Below, piece by piece: positions 31,766 to 44,132 of a DNA stretch of 64,000 nucleotides (positions within the stretch are counted from its first letter, which is position 1; every line of letters begins with the position of its first letter). A program made the position numbers and the translations under genes. The stretch lies in assembly GCA_000165425.1 (NCBI GenBank), contig CT868585.1, positions 186,001 through 250,000 of the forward strand. Reading direction: 5' to 3'. Source of the DNA: Paramecium tetraurelia (taxonomy: Eukaryota). Below the pieces are notes generated by a model, which was given only the letters and a program-made list of their open reading frames with translations, did not search any database and was not told the origin of the DNA.

Positions 31766-33239
31766 ATGTTATCTTAAAAAAAAGAGTAATTTAGACAGCA
31801 AATTAGAAAGTAAAGATTAGAAGCATTTTTAATGGAAAGTAGGAAAAAAAGTATGTTAAAAAATGATTTTTTACAATGCTAAGATTAGATGGATGACGAT
31901 ATAGTTGAGTTATGCAATCAAGTAGAAGCCGATTAGGATTTTAACATTTTGAAAATACCTCTTCTAAAAACAATTTTAGAGGGAGAGATTACAAATTCAA
32001 AGATTTTATATTTATAAATGATTGTAAAGAAGTGTAGGGATACTAAATAAATAGATGATTTAGAAACCCTCTTTGAAGATTATAATTTGGGATAAAGAAT
32101 TATGGCAAAATGTGAGAAAGAATCGAATTTTGTATTCCTAGATGAACAATTATATCTGCTTGGATAACTGTCATAGTCATCATTACTATGTTAAGCAACT
32201 CTAATACAAATTTAAATTGTTCAATGTTTAAACAAAATAGTTGATCTTGAGATTGAGTCTGATGATTGTCTTATGTCTACCTTTATGTATCTAATCACCA
32301 CATTTGTTGAACCAAATAGCAGAATCCCTTTTTCGGATATCAAATAATTTATGTCGATAGTAGATAAATTATGCAAGAAATTACGCGGAATCAATTATTT
32401 AGACATTGAACTCGATTTAGATAATAATGAAAAATATTCTGAGAGCAAACACTCCTTATTAAGTAGAATACTCTTATTCGTTCGATACTACATTGACAAA
32501 TCTCAATTCACAGCTAATCTTACACTCTATCAAAACTTCTGGATAATACTCTCCACTTTAGCATTTGTAGTTTAAGAATAGTACTCATTAAGATAAACTG
32601 CTTTATAAGTAATTTCTGAGTCTATGAAAATGAATGATCAATAATTGAAATTTGATATCATTGAAAAGCATCCAGACATATTCTTTTAGTTACTTATTAT
32701 TATCGATCATCATCAATAAAACAATAGAACTACTGATAAATGCATAAGAACTTAAGCATCTATTATAATGAAGTAGTTGTTTTGTGATTAATCTTAATAC
32801 ATTATCCAAAATATCCATTTGAACTAAATTTCTTTGCAGTTTTTGTAATTGGTTGAAAGAGAAAGTAATTATTTAGTTAATCTTAGAGGATCGCCAAGTC
32901 TTGTATCATTAAATGGAAGCTTTGTTTCTTTTATGTTCAAACAGTACATTTGAACAATGTATCGATCTATATAACAACGGTTTATTAACTCTATTAATAT
33001 CTACATATCAAGAAATGAAGGAATGGCAAGATTTTATTCTGAGCAAATAGTTAATTAAATGTAATTTTGTTATTAATTTAGTGACCTTTGCTGTTTTGTA
33101 ACATAACTCAAGTGATAATCGAATACTGAACTTTTTAAAACTGCATAAAATAACATCATATTTAAATGATATCATAATCCATTGTAAACACGATATTACA
33201 TGTCAAAGAGCAAATTAATTACTTAAATATATTTAATGA
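31766..33239 (+). CDS. Divergent importin-alpha-like ARM/HEAT protein
   Basis: IBB-like N-terminus KKEQFRQQIRKQRLEAFLMESRKK followed by an amphipathic Leu-rich helical body; about 490 codons. Confidence 0.5.
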
Positions 33240-33614
33240 TACAATTATAAATTGAATAAATAATTATCATCATTTTTTATCAAAATTGTTCTCTAATATT
33301 GATTATAATTTTAAAAATATTACAACTTGCAAATTTTAAGTACATAAATACTTTTGCTTATAAAAATTAATTTAAAAATATCTTATGTCATTCATATCAT
33401 TATATTTTCCTCATTTTCTTTATCTTCTATTCGAAATGATCACATAGATAGACACCCTTTCAAATCTCGTTAGGTTCAAATAAATTACATCACTTTAATT
33501 CTATATTATTTTCTCTTATCATTATACAATCCTAAATACAAACTATGTTAGCATCATTACATATACGAACTAATCATGTTTTTATTATTGGTTCTTTTTC
33601 TAATTAATATTGAA

Positions 33615-34584
33615 ATGCAATCTATTCTAAATTTTTGGTCAAGATGTAGGAGAAATTATAATTAACTTTTCATAAGAGATAATCTCAGCATTTCATCATT
33701 AGAGAATTCTTTATTACCTTTTTTTGACTTCTTTTAATTTATGTATTTCTAATAATGCATTAAGTAATTCTCATTATTTTTAATAATGCTTTTCAGAAGA
33801 GTTATATTCAGATTTTCAAAAGAAAAGATAGACAAGATCCTAGAGCATGATGACTATCTGACTTCATAAATAGACAAGATGGCTGCTGCCTTCAGTTCTC
33901 AGAATAATAAAATATTCAACAATTACATAGTTTTCCAAAACAAAATTAATGTAGATGGTACTTAGAATTTGCTTAAAAATAAGGATTTTCAACCAAACTG
34001 AATAGATCTGCTGCAATATATATTACTCTATGGGGTATGGTAGGTGGACTTTCCTATTTTTACATAAACCCTTGGGTTACTTTGATACCTGCATTTTTTT
34101 CAATTTAAACAATATCATCATATGTGACTGGTAGGAAATACTTGAGTAAATTTGTATAAGCGATAACTTTGGGGAAGGATTAAAAAACATGCTTAATTGA
34201 ATTAGCAAATAAAAATGTATTAGAAGTCAATGTAATAGATAATGAATTACTAAATATCAGCGATGTGATACAAGCATCAAACAATAAGATTGAGGAGGGT
34301 GTGGTAACTAATAAAGTATTATAAAGAATGAAAAATATCGCTAATCAAATTATGTTATATAATTTGAGACTAAATATGATAGTAAATTATACGAAGATTT
34401 GAGGGTACTAGTGACGAAGGACAATGCTGAAATTCCAAATATAAAGTTGCTTTAGGATATTATTACAGGAGAAGATGTGAGTGGATATATTTATGAGGAA
34501 ATAGTATAAAATTAGGAAGAAGTAGTAAGAAAGGAGACTGATGGGGAATTGGAAAAGAGGTTGAAAGATGAATTGAAAATATGA
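33615..34584 (+). CDS. Hypothetical membrane protein (two adjacent TM segments; possibly mitochondrial)
   Basis: YITLWGMVGGLSYFYINPWVTLIPAFFSIQTISSYV followed by a soluble beta-rich domain; start uncertain. Confidence 0.5.
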
Positions 34585-34617
34585 ATTTTTATATGTGATA
34601 ATAAATTAAACTATAGA

Positions 34618-35355
34618 ATGTCAGAAGATCCAAATGAGAAATGGAAGAAAATTCTTTTGAATCCTTATGGTAAAAGCAAGGATGATGTTCAGAATGAGAT
34701 TAGAGCGATGCATAAAGAATAGCAAATGATTGACGAAGCAATAACCAGAGAGGCTCTGTTATAAACAATAAAGGCAAAGAAGACATATCGAAATTTAACA
34801 AATCCCAATACTAACGCTGATAAATCTAAATAAGTGCCAGTGGATGGTGATTTGAAAAAAGGAGCACAAGTATTTATGCGTGCATGTGCTTCTTGCCACT
34901 CTTTGGAGATATTCACAGGAAAACCATATGCAGCAGATTTTTCATTTTAAGAATCCAGCGGTCCATCTTTGGCTCAAATATATAATAAGCCAGCGGCTAG
35001 TTAGAGAGTATATGAAGAATACACAATGGCCTTATTGGATTCTAAAATATTTTGGAATAGCTATAATCTATTTATGTGGGCTAAAGATCCATAAGCAATG
35101 TGTAAAGGGACAAAATGTTTGTAAAGAGGAGAACTATTGGAGAGTGCAGAGGAAAGGTTAAAATTAACATTTATGATATGTAGAGCTGACTTAGTAAAGT
35201 TTTTGAAAGGGTTTGCAAAGGCCACTTCAGATTTGTATAGAAGATCATTCACAAAGTATCATGGATACGAATGGTAGAATTATAGAGAATAGGGACTGGC
35301 TAAAGCAAGAGAGGTTGCTCATTAGAGATAAGGATATGAACCAGAGAAGAAGTGA
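34618..35355 (+). CDS. Divergent cytochrome c with N- and C-terminal extensions
   Basis: GDLKKGAQVFMRACASCH (CxxCH 34885-34899), GPSL, YT.A, IFWN..NLF.W.KDP, KGTKC, EERADLVKFL; one 27-nt intron. Confidence 0.9.
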
Positions 35356-35388
35356 TTTAATATTAATTATATCGTTTTTGTTTCAATC

Positions 35389-35705
35389 ATGAAGTATTTA
35401 CTAGTGATTGTATTGGTGTTTGTAATAACAGCCAAGGAGTTTAGTTATATGGAAACAGGTACACAAAGAAATCGAATATAGATTGTTTGCCTGCAACTGA
35501 TTTGAATGGTCAAAAACATGATCCAACATATGCAGAACAAGCAAGAAAACATCTGACTAAATATGCCGAGTAATCAACTGAAGATATGAGGAAGTATTCA
35601 GATAGACAACCATATCCAAATCTGAATACTTACTCTGAATAAAACTGTGCTGGAAGCGGGGCAGATTTACCTAAAAGAGATAGAAGATTTAGAAGAGCAG
35701 GGTGA
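35389..35705 (+). CDS. Small secreted protein/propeptide (about 97 aa)
   Basis: Signal peptide MKYLLVIVLVFVITA, one 23-nt intron, two Cys, C-terminus LPKRDRRFRRAG*. Confidence 0.75.
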
Positions 35706-35841
35706 TTGTAATCATTAATCAATTTAACTTACTCATTTGAGGAGTTATTTATTAAATATTAGTTATATTTTTAACAGAATAAAAGAATCCAATTAATTGT
35801 ACCATCGATAGAATTATTAAAATACCATAACACTCAAACAA

Positions 35842-37254
35842 TCATCCATTTATCAAATAATCCTTATAATCAAATTGTTCCTCAGGATAAAAAGAAGTAA
35901 TAATAGTTCTCTTATTGTATGTACGACCTGCTAGATGGAATTTAGCTTTCTTTGCAGGAATTTAATAATAAAATTTAACAAAGATCTTTCCTACAGCTGG
36001 GTTACAAAAACTATAATAATATACTAAGTATTATCTCTTACCCTGAATCTTTGTCTGGCCTTGGTATTTCTATCTTCTCAATTTAACCAAAACGTATACA
36101 CTCGCTTCTAATGTCCTCCATCAGTTCTTCATATATGTCATCTTCATACAGATCTTCAATTGAGCACTGTAATATTATCATTTAATCAATACCATATTCA
36201 AGAATTGCACAACCTTGCTTGGAATCAATGCTGACTAAGGGATTGTTAACATCTATTGCACTTATGGGATTCGCAATAAATCACATGAAGCCAAAAATGA
36301 ACCAGCATAATTTGAAGGCTGATCTCTTCCATTAATTTTCTTATTTTATTAGGGTTCTCCTTGAACTTTGCATATCTTCAATTTCTTGTCTCCAATCTAC
36401 AAATTGTTCAGTGCCTTTAAAGCCTTAGCAGTTGAGGCAGTTTTTTCATATTCAAAAAAACAATAACCTTTTGAAATCTCTGTATTCGATGTGGTGTCTT
36501 TAACTAAATTAAAGTACTTAGTTGTTCCAAAGGATTGTATGAGTTTCATCACATCCTCATCTCTAAGATAAGTAGGTAGCCCTCCCAAATATAATCTTGT
36601 ATTGTCCTCCTATTTTTGATCTGCATTTAATTCCGCTTCCTTGGCCTGTGGATTTAATATCCTTTCTAGAAATTTTCTTGGTTTTTCTACTTTGATTTTG
36701 CAATTATTCACGAATTAGACCTAATCTTGAGTCACCAAGGCCCTTTTAGCTTCTTTGGAACTGCATTCCAACACTACCCAAGACTTTGTCGCCCCATATT
36801 CAATAGCCTTAATAGGTCTTTCGGCTTATATATATTTTATTTATACTGATTTTGGGATCAAGAGATGTGATGAGAGTATTAAAGTATTCCTCCAATTCTT
36901 TCAATTAGACATTCAGAGGCACATTTGACACTATCATCATATATGGATTATTTTCATAAATCGCATATTTTTCTTTAATATGCTAAGGCAGATCAGGGTC
37001 TTGTAATATCTTGGATGTCTTAACTTTATTCTACCAATCATCATCAAAATCAGTCATAATTTCTTCTAATTTTTTTGTTATTTCTAAATACCTTCTTCTC
37101 CCCATTTCTTCTTCTTTTTATTTTTCTTCTTCTTCTTCTTCTACTCCTATTATTATGTCTATTCTTTTTTGTCATTCTTCTCATTTTCATCGGATTCTTA
37201 TTCAATTTGCTCTTTCTATTCCTTAGTTTCTTTGCTTTCCACTTCTTAATTCAT
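35842..37254 (-). CDS. U2AF2: U2 snRNP auxiliary factor large subunit (U2AF65-like)
   Basis: RRM2 RLYLGGLPTYL..FNLVKD..SKGYCFFEY; UHM/RRM3 ELMEDIRSEC..EIPRP..VGKIFVKF..AGRTYNKRTIITSFYPEE. Confidence 0.9.
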
Positions 37255-37391
37255 ATATAAAATTAAATTAATAATTTTGATTCTTCTATTTGTTTGTAAT
37301 GATTCATTGCTATATTTAATTTATGCAAATGATAGATGATCTAAATATAAATACTAATCTTAATCAAATGTGTAAATTATAGTTTCTCTCA

Positions 37392-37845
37392 TCAATTAGC
37401 AGTCAAATGCAATTTCAAACTCTCATTTTAAAGTAACAGCACATATTCATCAACTTCCTTATCTTATCTTTTATGTTTCAGTTTCTCCTTTTTTAATTGC
37501 TCCTTCTCATCTTCCTTATAATATTCATCCTCATTGTCAGGTTGTTTCTCATCTCTCTATTGTTGTAGTTCCTCATTTCCATCTGCATTTTTCTCATCTC
37601 CCTAACCCTCCACATCCTCATCATATTTGAAATCTGAATATTATGGGCTAAATAATACCATTTTCAAATTCTAATTAACCTTCTGAATCATCATCAGAAC
37701 ATCTCTTCTAAATTTCATATGAAAATTCCTCCTCGTATTTCTCACTGTAATGATACTTTCTTCCTTATTCATCCACCTTCGTTTCTGATCTACGAATCAC
37801 ACTCGAATTCACTAAAATCAATGAGATAAAAACGATTATTAGCAT
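37392..37845 (-). CDS. Small acidic secreted protein
   Basis: Signal peptide MLIIVFISLILVNS, D/E-rich body, one about 25-nt intron, ends LKLHLTAN*. Confidence 0.65.
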
Positions 37846-37879
37846 AATATATATATAAAACTAATTAACATAAACAAAA

Positions 37880-39423
37880 TCAAAAGTTTATTAGAGATTC
37901 GACATTCTACACAACCTTCTCAAATAATATATCGATCTGTGATTTCCACAATGGCTTTGAAATTTCAAGGTATTAGAGTTACTCCTAATCTATTAGCCCT
38001 TCAAGAACCTTGTTATTGTCGCCTGTGCTGTGTGCAACCTTAATCTCATTAAGAAATAGGTCATTTTGCATATATTATATAATCAATTGCTTATTGACCA
38101 TATAACCATTAGGATTTTTCACTTTTCTCATATTTTAAAATCTATCTATAAATTATTAATGTAGTAGACTGGCAATGATAATTATTATTTTTTAGGTTTG
38201 TATTTTACATTTTTTATTACTCTAAGGTATCTTATTAACTAATTGAACTAAATTTGGAACCACTATTTAAAAAAGTAGATATTCCATAGAAATTACTAAT
38301 TTCTCTTCCCTCGAAATATGAATTCTATCGGCTGAGTAAAAATGACATCTCTCTCCTACAAAGAACGAAGATTATTGTTTTGAAGTCTTGTAAAGACTAG
38401 TGATCAATTAACATTTTAACAATTTAGGAAAATTACTTGATCGAGTCAGTAATTCCAAATTTTAGTATATCAATTTAGAAAAACTTTGTGCTCTTATTTT
38501 CTTCAAATCCAAACTTTAAATAGGATTAGATAATTCATCAATTAAATTGCATTCATTAATATATGTCCGACTATTGAGGTAGTGAATAACCTTATTCGAA
38601 ATAATTTAGACAAACTATTATTGCTATTCTTCAATGAATTTGACCCCATTTTAGAGTATAATTTTCTAGCAACTTTAGAGTTTTTTATTCAGTTTGGATA
38701 TAAGTTGTCTCTCTTCTTATTTAAAAAACCTATACAATATATTTATAAATACCTGAATTATTTTGATATCACCATAGTTGAAAAAACAAATAGAAAAATA
38801 ACTTTCAGCTTTCTTCTCCTAAGTTTAATTCGTTAAGTCAAAATCTCAAATTCGCTGTTCTTTTAACTATGAGACACTTAATTTAAATCTGGAAATATAA
38901 ATTATTGTGCGTCTTCATTTAATTCCCCTTATCTTGAATAATAGTTTCTCTCTAAAGTATATTTTGAACTATCATTTGGCTTGTCGAAATTTTGTACAAT
39001 TTTATTTTGAAGTCTAGAAGGTTTCTATTCTTCTATTGCTTCTTACGAGGGTCTTACAAGTTTTCTTTTTTTTATTGGTTTTTTATTTGAGATGGATTTA
39101 TTTTAATAATACATCTCTAAAATAGTGTAGTTAGGACAATTAGGAGATTTCTCTCCTTTGCTAACTAAGGTTTATAATTGGATTTTATTGTTCTCCTAAG
39201 GATGATACTGATTGTAATCATCAAATTCTCCAATCATTGAGATCGTATTCGGCTTAATCACTTAAATTCCCTAATATTCTTTTGTGCTTTTGGTTGATAT
39301 CAAAGGTAAGTTGAAATATTAATTCATCAGAACGACTCCATTGGAATTTCCGAAGGAGTGCAATCTTCTTATCGAATTAGGTGTGGATATCTAAGAATGC
39401 GCTGATGGAGTGAGTTTTTACAT
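37880..39423 (-). CDS. Hypothetical protein
   Basis: Long reverse-strand frame from MQKLTPSAHS to NVESLINF*; internal introns not fully resolved. Confidence 0.55.
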
Positions 39424-40015
39424 TTTAATTTAATGATTATAAATTAAATTTATCAGTCTACCTTAATAGTATATAATAATGTTTTCTACTTAAGATTTCT
39501 AATCCTAATAAACAATTTCAAACTAAAAAGTCTGACGGTCAAGTTGCCACATCATCATAGAGGTTGGTCAGAATTAAAAATACAAATAAGATAAAGTATT
39601 ATAAATATTTTGAATATCTGTATAAATATACTTTATTATATTGGTAATAATTGCATAAAATTGAAAATTATTTTGCTATCTAATTCTTTAATAGAGTTAA
39701 TATTATGTGAAAAGCAGTTTAATTAAAGGATTAAATGAGAAATTGATAGCAAAGCTTTAGAATTAGCAGTAAAAAATGAGTTTTTTAGGTTTACTTTTAC
39801 TACTATTAGGTTGTTAATAGTTTGACCAAATAATTGTTTGGTTTTGAATTAATAAATCAATAATAATTATATTTATATTTACTGTGGAAATATCCTTGTT
39901 TAGATACTTTTTCTAAGTGACTGTAAATTCTTAAATTATATTAAAACGGATTTGTTAAATGTAATATAGAAATTAATATAATTTAATTTTCCAAAATTTT
40001 CCTTATCATAATAGT

Positions 40016-40363
40016 ATGCAAATCATTAAGGATGAGATGATAATGAATAACCAAATTCTAGATTTTGGCATGACAGAAAATCAAAAACTTGAATCAATCT
40101 GTCAGCAGTTAAAACATATTTGTACTGTTTCTTTAAAACTCTTACCTCCTAAATCAAGATAAAAGCGAATAGGAAAGAAGAGAGTATTGAAAAAATGGTT
40201 TAAAAACCATACCTATAAAAAAGAGTCAAAGCGTGTTCAATCTAAAAAGACTATTCCAAACTATTTTGAGGTCTCTCGAAATGAAATGGAAGAGAAGATT
40301 GCACTAATTAGTGGATTATAGCAATAGATACAATAAATAAAGTTGATGATGCCTCAAATATGA
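40016..40363 (+). CDS. Small basic hypothetical protein
   Basis: Uninterrupted frame of about 115 aa with NLS-like KRIGKKRVLKK. Confidence 0.6.
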
Positions 40364-40822
40364 ATTATGAATAATCATTTTCTTAAATTCTTTATAAATA
40401 AAATTAAGATGTCTCAACTATTTAATACATGGAAGATGGCAGGTAATTGAGTCTACATACAGGTATACTCTAACAAGGCATGCAAAAACACTATTTAAAA
40501 AAATCAATACCTGAAAATCAAAAGTAAAATGATTTAACTGATTTAGATTTGTTTATTTCATTAAATTTAATTCTTCAATATAATAATATTTATTACAAAA
40601 TTAAAGTTTTCGTAATGCAGCTTTTGTGCAATTTCTCTTAGATTCAAAGATTTAAGAAGCTGTATAAAATTGTTGTAAATAAATGTAGCTATTTCTATTT
40701 AAAAAGTCGCTTGCTCTTTTAAGTTTTAAAAATTATATATATATGGTATAAGAATATTTTGGCTCTATTTATATTATTATTATTGATAAATTAAAATAAA
40801 TATATACAATAAGTGACTGTTT

Positions 40823-41225
40823 TCACTAAATAACGCAACATTCTTTTCTTTTTCCCTTCCTCTTATTTTTTTCGAAATTATAACTCAACATTTTCAAAAA
40901 CGCCTCTTCCTTTGAATTGAGTTCCAAACTTTTCAAAGTCCTTAAGCTAGGTCTAATATAACATTCAGTATTCTCTTATTTCGAAGAGTTCGATAAATCT
41001 AGATTAACGATTTGAGTTTATTCACTATTCAGAGTGAATAATTCTGCTTTATCATTGATAGTGATCTCATATTTTAAACCTTGTTTAATTTCTTATCCTT
41101 TTCTATCGAACCTTTAAACTTAAGTTATTTTGAACTTAAATACTCTAATTTCCTTTGTTAATCTCTTTTTTTAATGCACTTTTAGGTTAAGTGCATTCAA
41201 TGATTTTATGCTGCTCCTTCTTCAT
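40823..41225 (-). CDS. Small protein with polybasic CaaX C-terminus
   Basis: One 25-nt intron; RFDRKGQEIKQGLKYEITIND; ends KNKRKGKRKECCVIQ*. Confidence 0.7.
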
Positions 41226-41852
41226 TTCTAAGAATATTTTGTTGTTTTAATAAATTGATATATATTTGAATGATATTATTGAAAAAAAACATATATTATA
41301 TGATATAGCATACATCATCATTCTCAATTATTCTATTGTATGAGTATCACTATGTAATTCAACTTTTTAATTATATAATCATCATTATTAATGTATCTTT
41401 ATTAATCAAATCAGAATAAAAAGCGATTCTTGTAAATATTGCTCTTATAAAAAATAATTTACAATCTTTGAAAATAATTATAAATTAAGCAAAAAAATAA
41501 TTTTATATATTCTTATAGGATATTAAATATTTAATAATCAAAGATTGCAGTACTTTGATATTAGATTTAGAGTCATTTATATGATTAATTTGATTGTTTC
41601 ATATTATGCAAATTTTATTGAAAATATTAATTAAATCGAACTAATAATGGATTTTATTTGTTGAATTTCAAAATGAATTTATTCAATTGAATTGGAAATT
41701 ATTAATGAGACAGGCTTTTTTTGATAATCAATTAAAATTATACCAAAATTTATAGAACAAATGTCAGCAAGCTGTTGATGAGCTTATTGACATTAAATAA
41801 ATAAATTTAGAATTGAGTTATTATCTTTGAATTTAAATAAACCAAAAAGACA

Positions 41853-42035
41853 TCAATATAATTTATCTTCTTCTACTTCTCTAAAAAATACTTGTTTTTC
41901 AAGCCATTGAGCAAGCATCTTAGGCTATTACTTGAGAACCTCATCAAATTTAAACCATTTCTTTTCACCATTCTTCAACTTGACAAGAATATTGTCTTTT
42001 TAATGTTAACACACTTCAATTATTTCTGAGTTCAT
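41853..42035 (-). CDS. 60-aa chromo-shadow-domain-like microprotein
   Basis: MNSEIIEVCQHQKDNILVKLKNGEKKWFKFDEVLKQQPKMLAQWLEKQVFFREVEEDKLY*; pattern matches the HP1 CSD (FLMKWK..LV.AKE....PQIVI.FYE..L.W). Confidence 0.6.
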
Positions 42036-42330
42036 TTAAAAATTAAATTTATATTCTAAATTTTGCAAGAAAATGAACATTTAATAGTGAATTTAAATTG
42101 GCAGTCACTTCTTGAGCGATATTACTTATATAAGTTATTTAGTAATCCCAATTGTATCTCATCCTATCTTTACTGATAATGCTATTGAATTATTTGTAAA
42201 GGAATTAGTAGGAGGGAATGAGAATGATCTGGAGATGAGTGTATTGCTTTAGAAGTTTAACTTTATCTTATATATAAGCAGATTAATAAATGGAGTGGAA
42301 AACGGATTTTTATTGTTAATTATATTAAAA

Positions 42331-43608
42331 ATGAAAAAAGCATTGCTTCTTGTATTGGTGATTGTGGGCAGTCTGGCAACAGAATTCGATGATTAAATTG
42401 CTGAACTCGAAGAAACTCAATTTGGATAAACTATTTTACAAACAATTCAGATGGAGATGTAAACAGATGATCCAGTTGTCTCTAATTTAGTCGATATTAT
42501 GCAACATTTAGAACAAACATTAGAAGGAGAACAAAAACGAGATGATGAGAGAATTGTCAGGTTCAAATAAAACTGTGATATTGCTTTGAGTCAATTGACA
42601 GAAATAATTAATACAAGCACTGTCACTTCACTTACTTTGAAGAGTGATTTAGATTCATTAAACCCACAGAAAGTGTAAGCAGTTGCCAGTTTGGAGAGAA
42701 AGAATCTAGAAATTGCAGATTTGAAAGCAGAAATAGACTATTAGACATTAAAGAGACAAAAGGAATCAGCTACTTATTAAACAATTCTAGACAATCTTGA
42801 ATAAGCATTATTCGGAGTTAATTAAGTTAAAGGGTACTTCAATAAATATTTGGATGTGTTGGTCAAGAATAGAAATAGATTTTAATAACCATAACCATCA
42901 TTCCTTTAAGAAGACTTCAGTTTCTAATACAATGATGAAGATGTCGAAGAAGATATTGATTCTAAAGGCATCTCTTCATTTGCTTAAGTTGCTCAAAAAG
43001 TCAATAAATTAAAGCACCATGTAATCAATAACAATTACTATTCAAGGTTCATTTGGAAGGTTATAAATCCATGATTGAAATTCTTAGTCAATTGGCTAGC
43101 AAAGCATAAACTTCAGCCGATGAACCAAGTCAATGTGAAGTATTAACCAGAAAGGTCTTGTCCATCCTTAAATAAATAGAAAATTACATTCAATCAGAAA
43201 GAATCAGAGAAGATCAAGCTGAAAATCTCAGATAAAGTTCTTATGAGGATTTGAGAACTCTTTTGTCAGATCAATTGGTTAAGGCCAATCAAGATAAAAC
43301 CTATATGGAAGGTATTATGATAATTAATTTCTATTTCAGGCTTGATTGATTCCTTATCAAACAGAATTCAATAAGCTAAAAATGAAAAATTCGAAGTAGA
43401 TCAAAAGATTACCACCAAATCCAAAGAGAAGGAAAACAGAGAAAACGACTGCAGATTGAAGAGACAAGAATATGAAACTGACACCGCTAGCAGGTATTAA
43501 CATTATATAGATAAACCTAGAATTAAATAAAAGAGATCCGTTGCTGTAGCCGTCGATTTGATTTCTTCAAAATTAGGATAACTTAAGAGAAAATTAATAT
43601 CAAATTGA
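42331..43608 (+). CDS. Trichocyst matrix protein precursor (TMP/GRL family)
   Basis: Signal peptide, LEETQFGQTILQTIQMEMQ, paired coiled-coil halves with single Cys, SFLQ and SFAQV processing-region motifs; three introns. Confidence 0.88.
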
Positions 43609-44132
43609 TTAGAATCATTATTAAAATACAGCTATACATCATTTTCTTTTAAATCTATATGTTATTCCACTTAATTATTAGACTCACTAAGATATTCTTA
43701 AATATCATCTACATGGAATATATCTCCTTTTCCAATTGTCTATTTTAGTCAATCACTTTATAAACCAAGAATAATTCTATTTAAAAGAAACTCCTATGAC
43801 AATTGGTTTTTATTTCAATTTATTGTATCACATCTTTGTATTTAAACCAATTAATCTCTTCTCTGCTTTCTTGATGAAATAAATTTATAATTACTTTGAA
43901 TAGTTTTTCTTTATTATATGGCATTGATGAGTAGTTGTAATATTGCTCAAATATTGTTCCTCTGTTTTCTAAGATTTCAGTCTAATGTTTATGCTAATCC
44001 ATATAGAAAATATTCTAAAACTTATTATGAGTATTTGTCCTTGTAATTATTAATTATTAATGAAACAATTCTCTTGGTTTAGTGTTTTTTATTTTAGAGT
44101 AATAATATTGAAATATTGTAGAAATACTTAGT

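Noticed and set aside
33615..35705. Three co-oriented genes with identical 33-nt gaps as an operon-like unit
   Set aside because: Such short intergenic distances are normal in Paramecium, and no functional link is evident.
43630..44060. Possible minus-strand hypothetical gene
   Set aside because: Coding-like, but I could not establish the start and intron structure.
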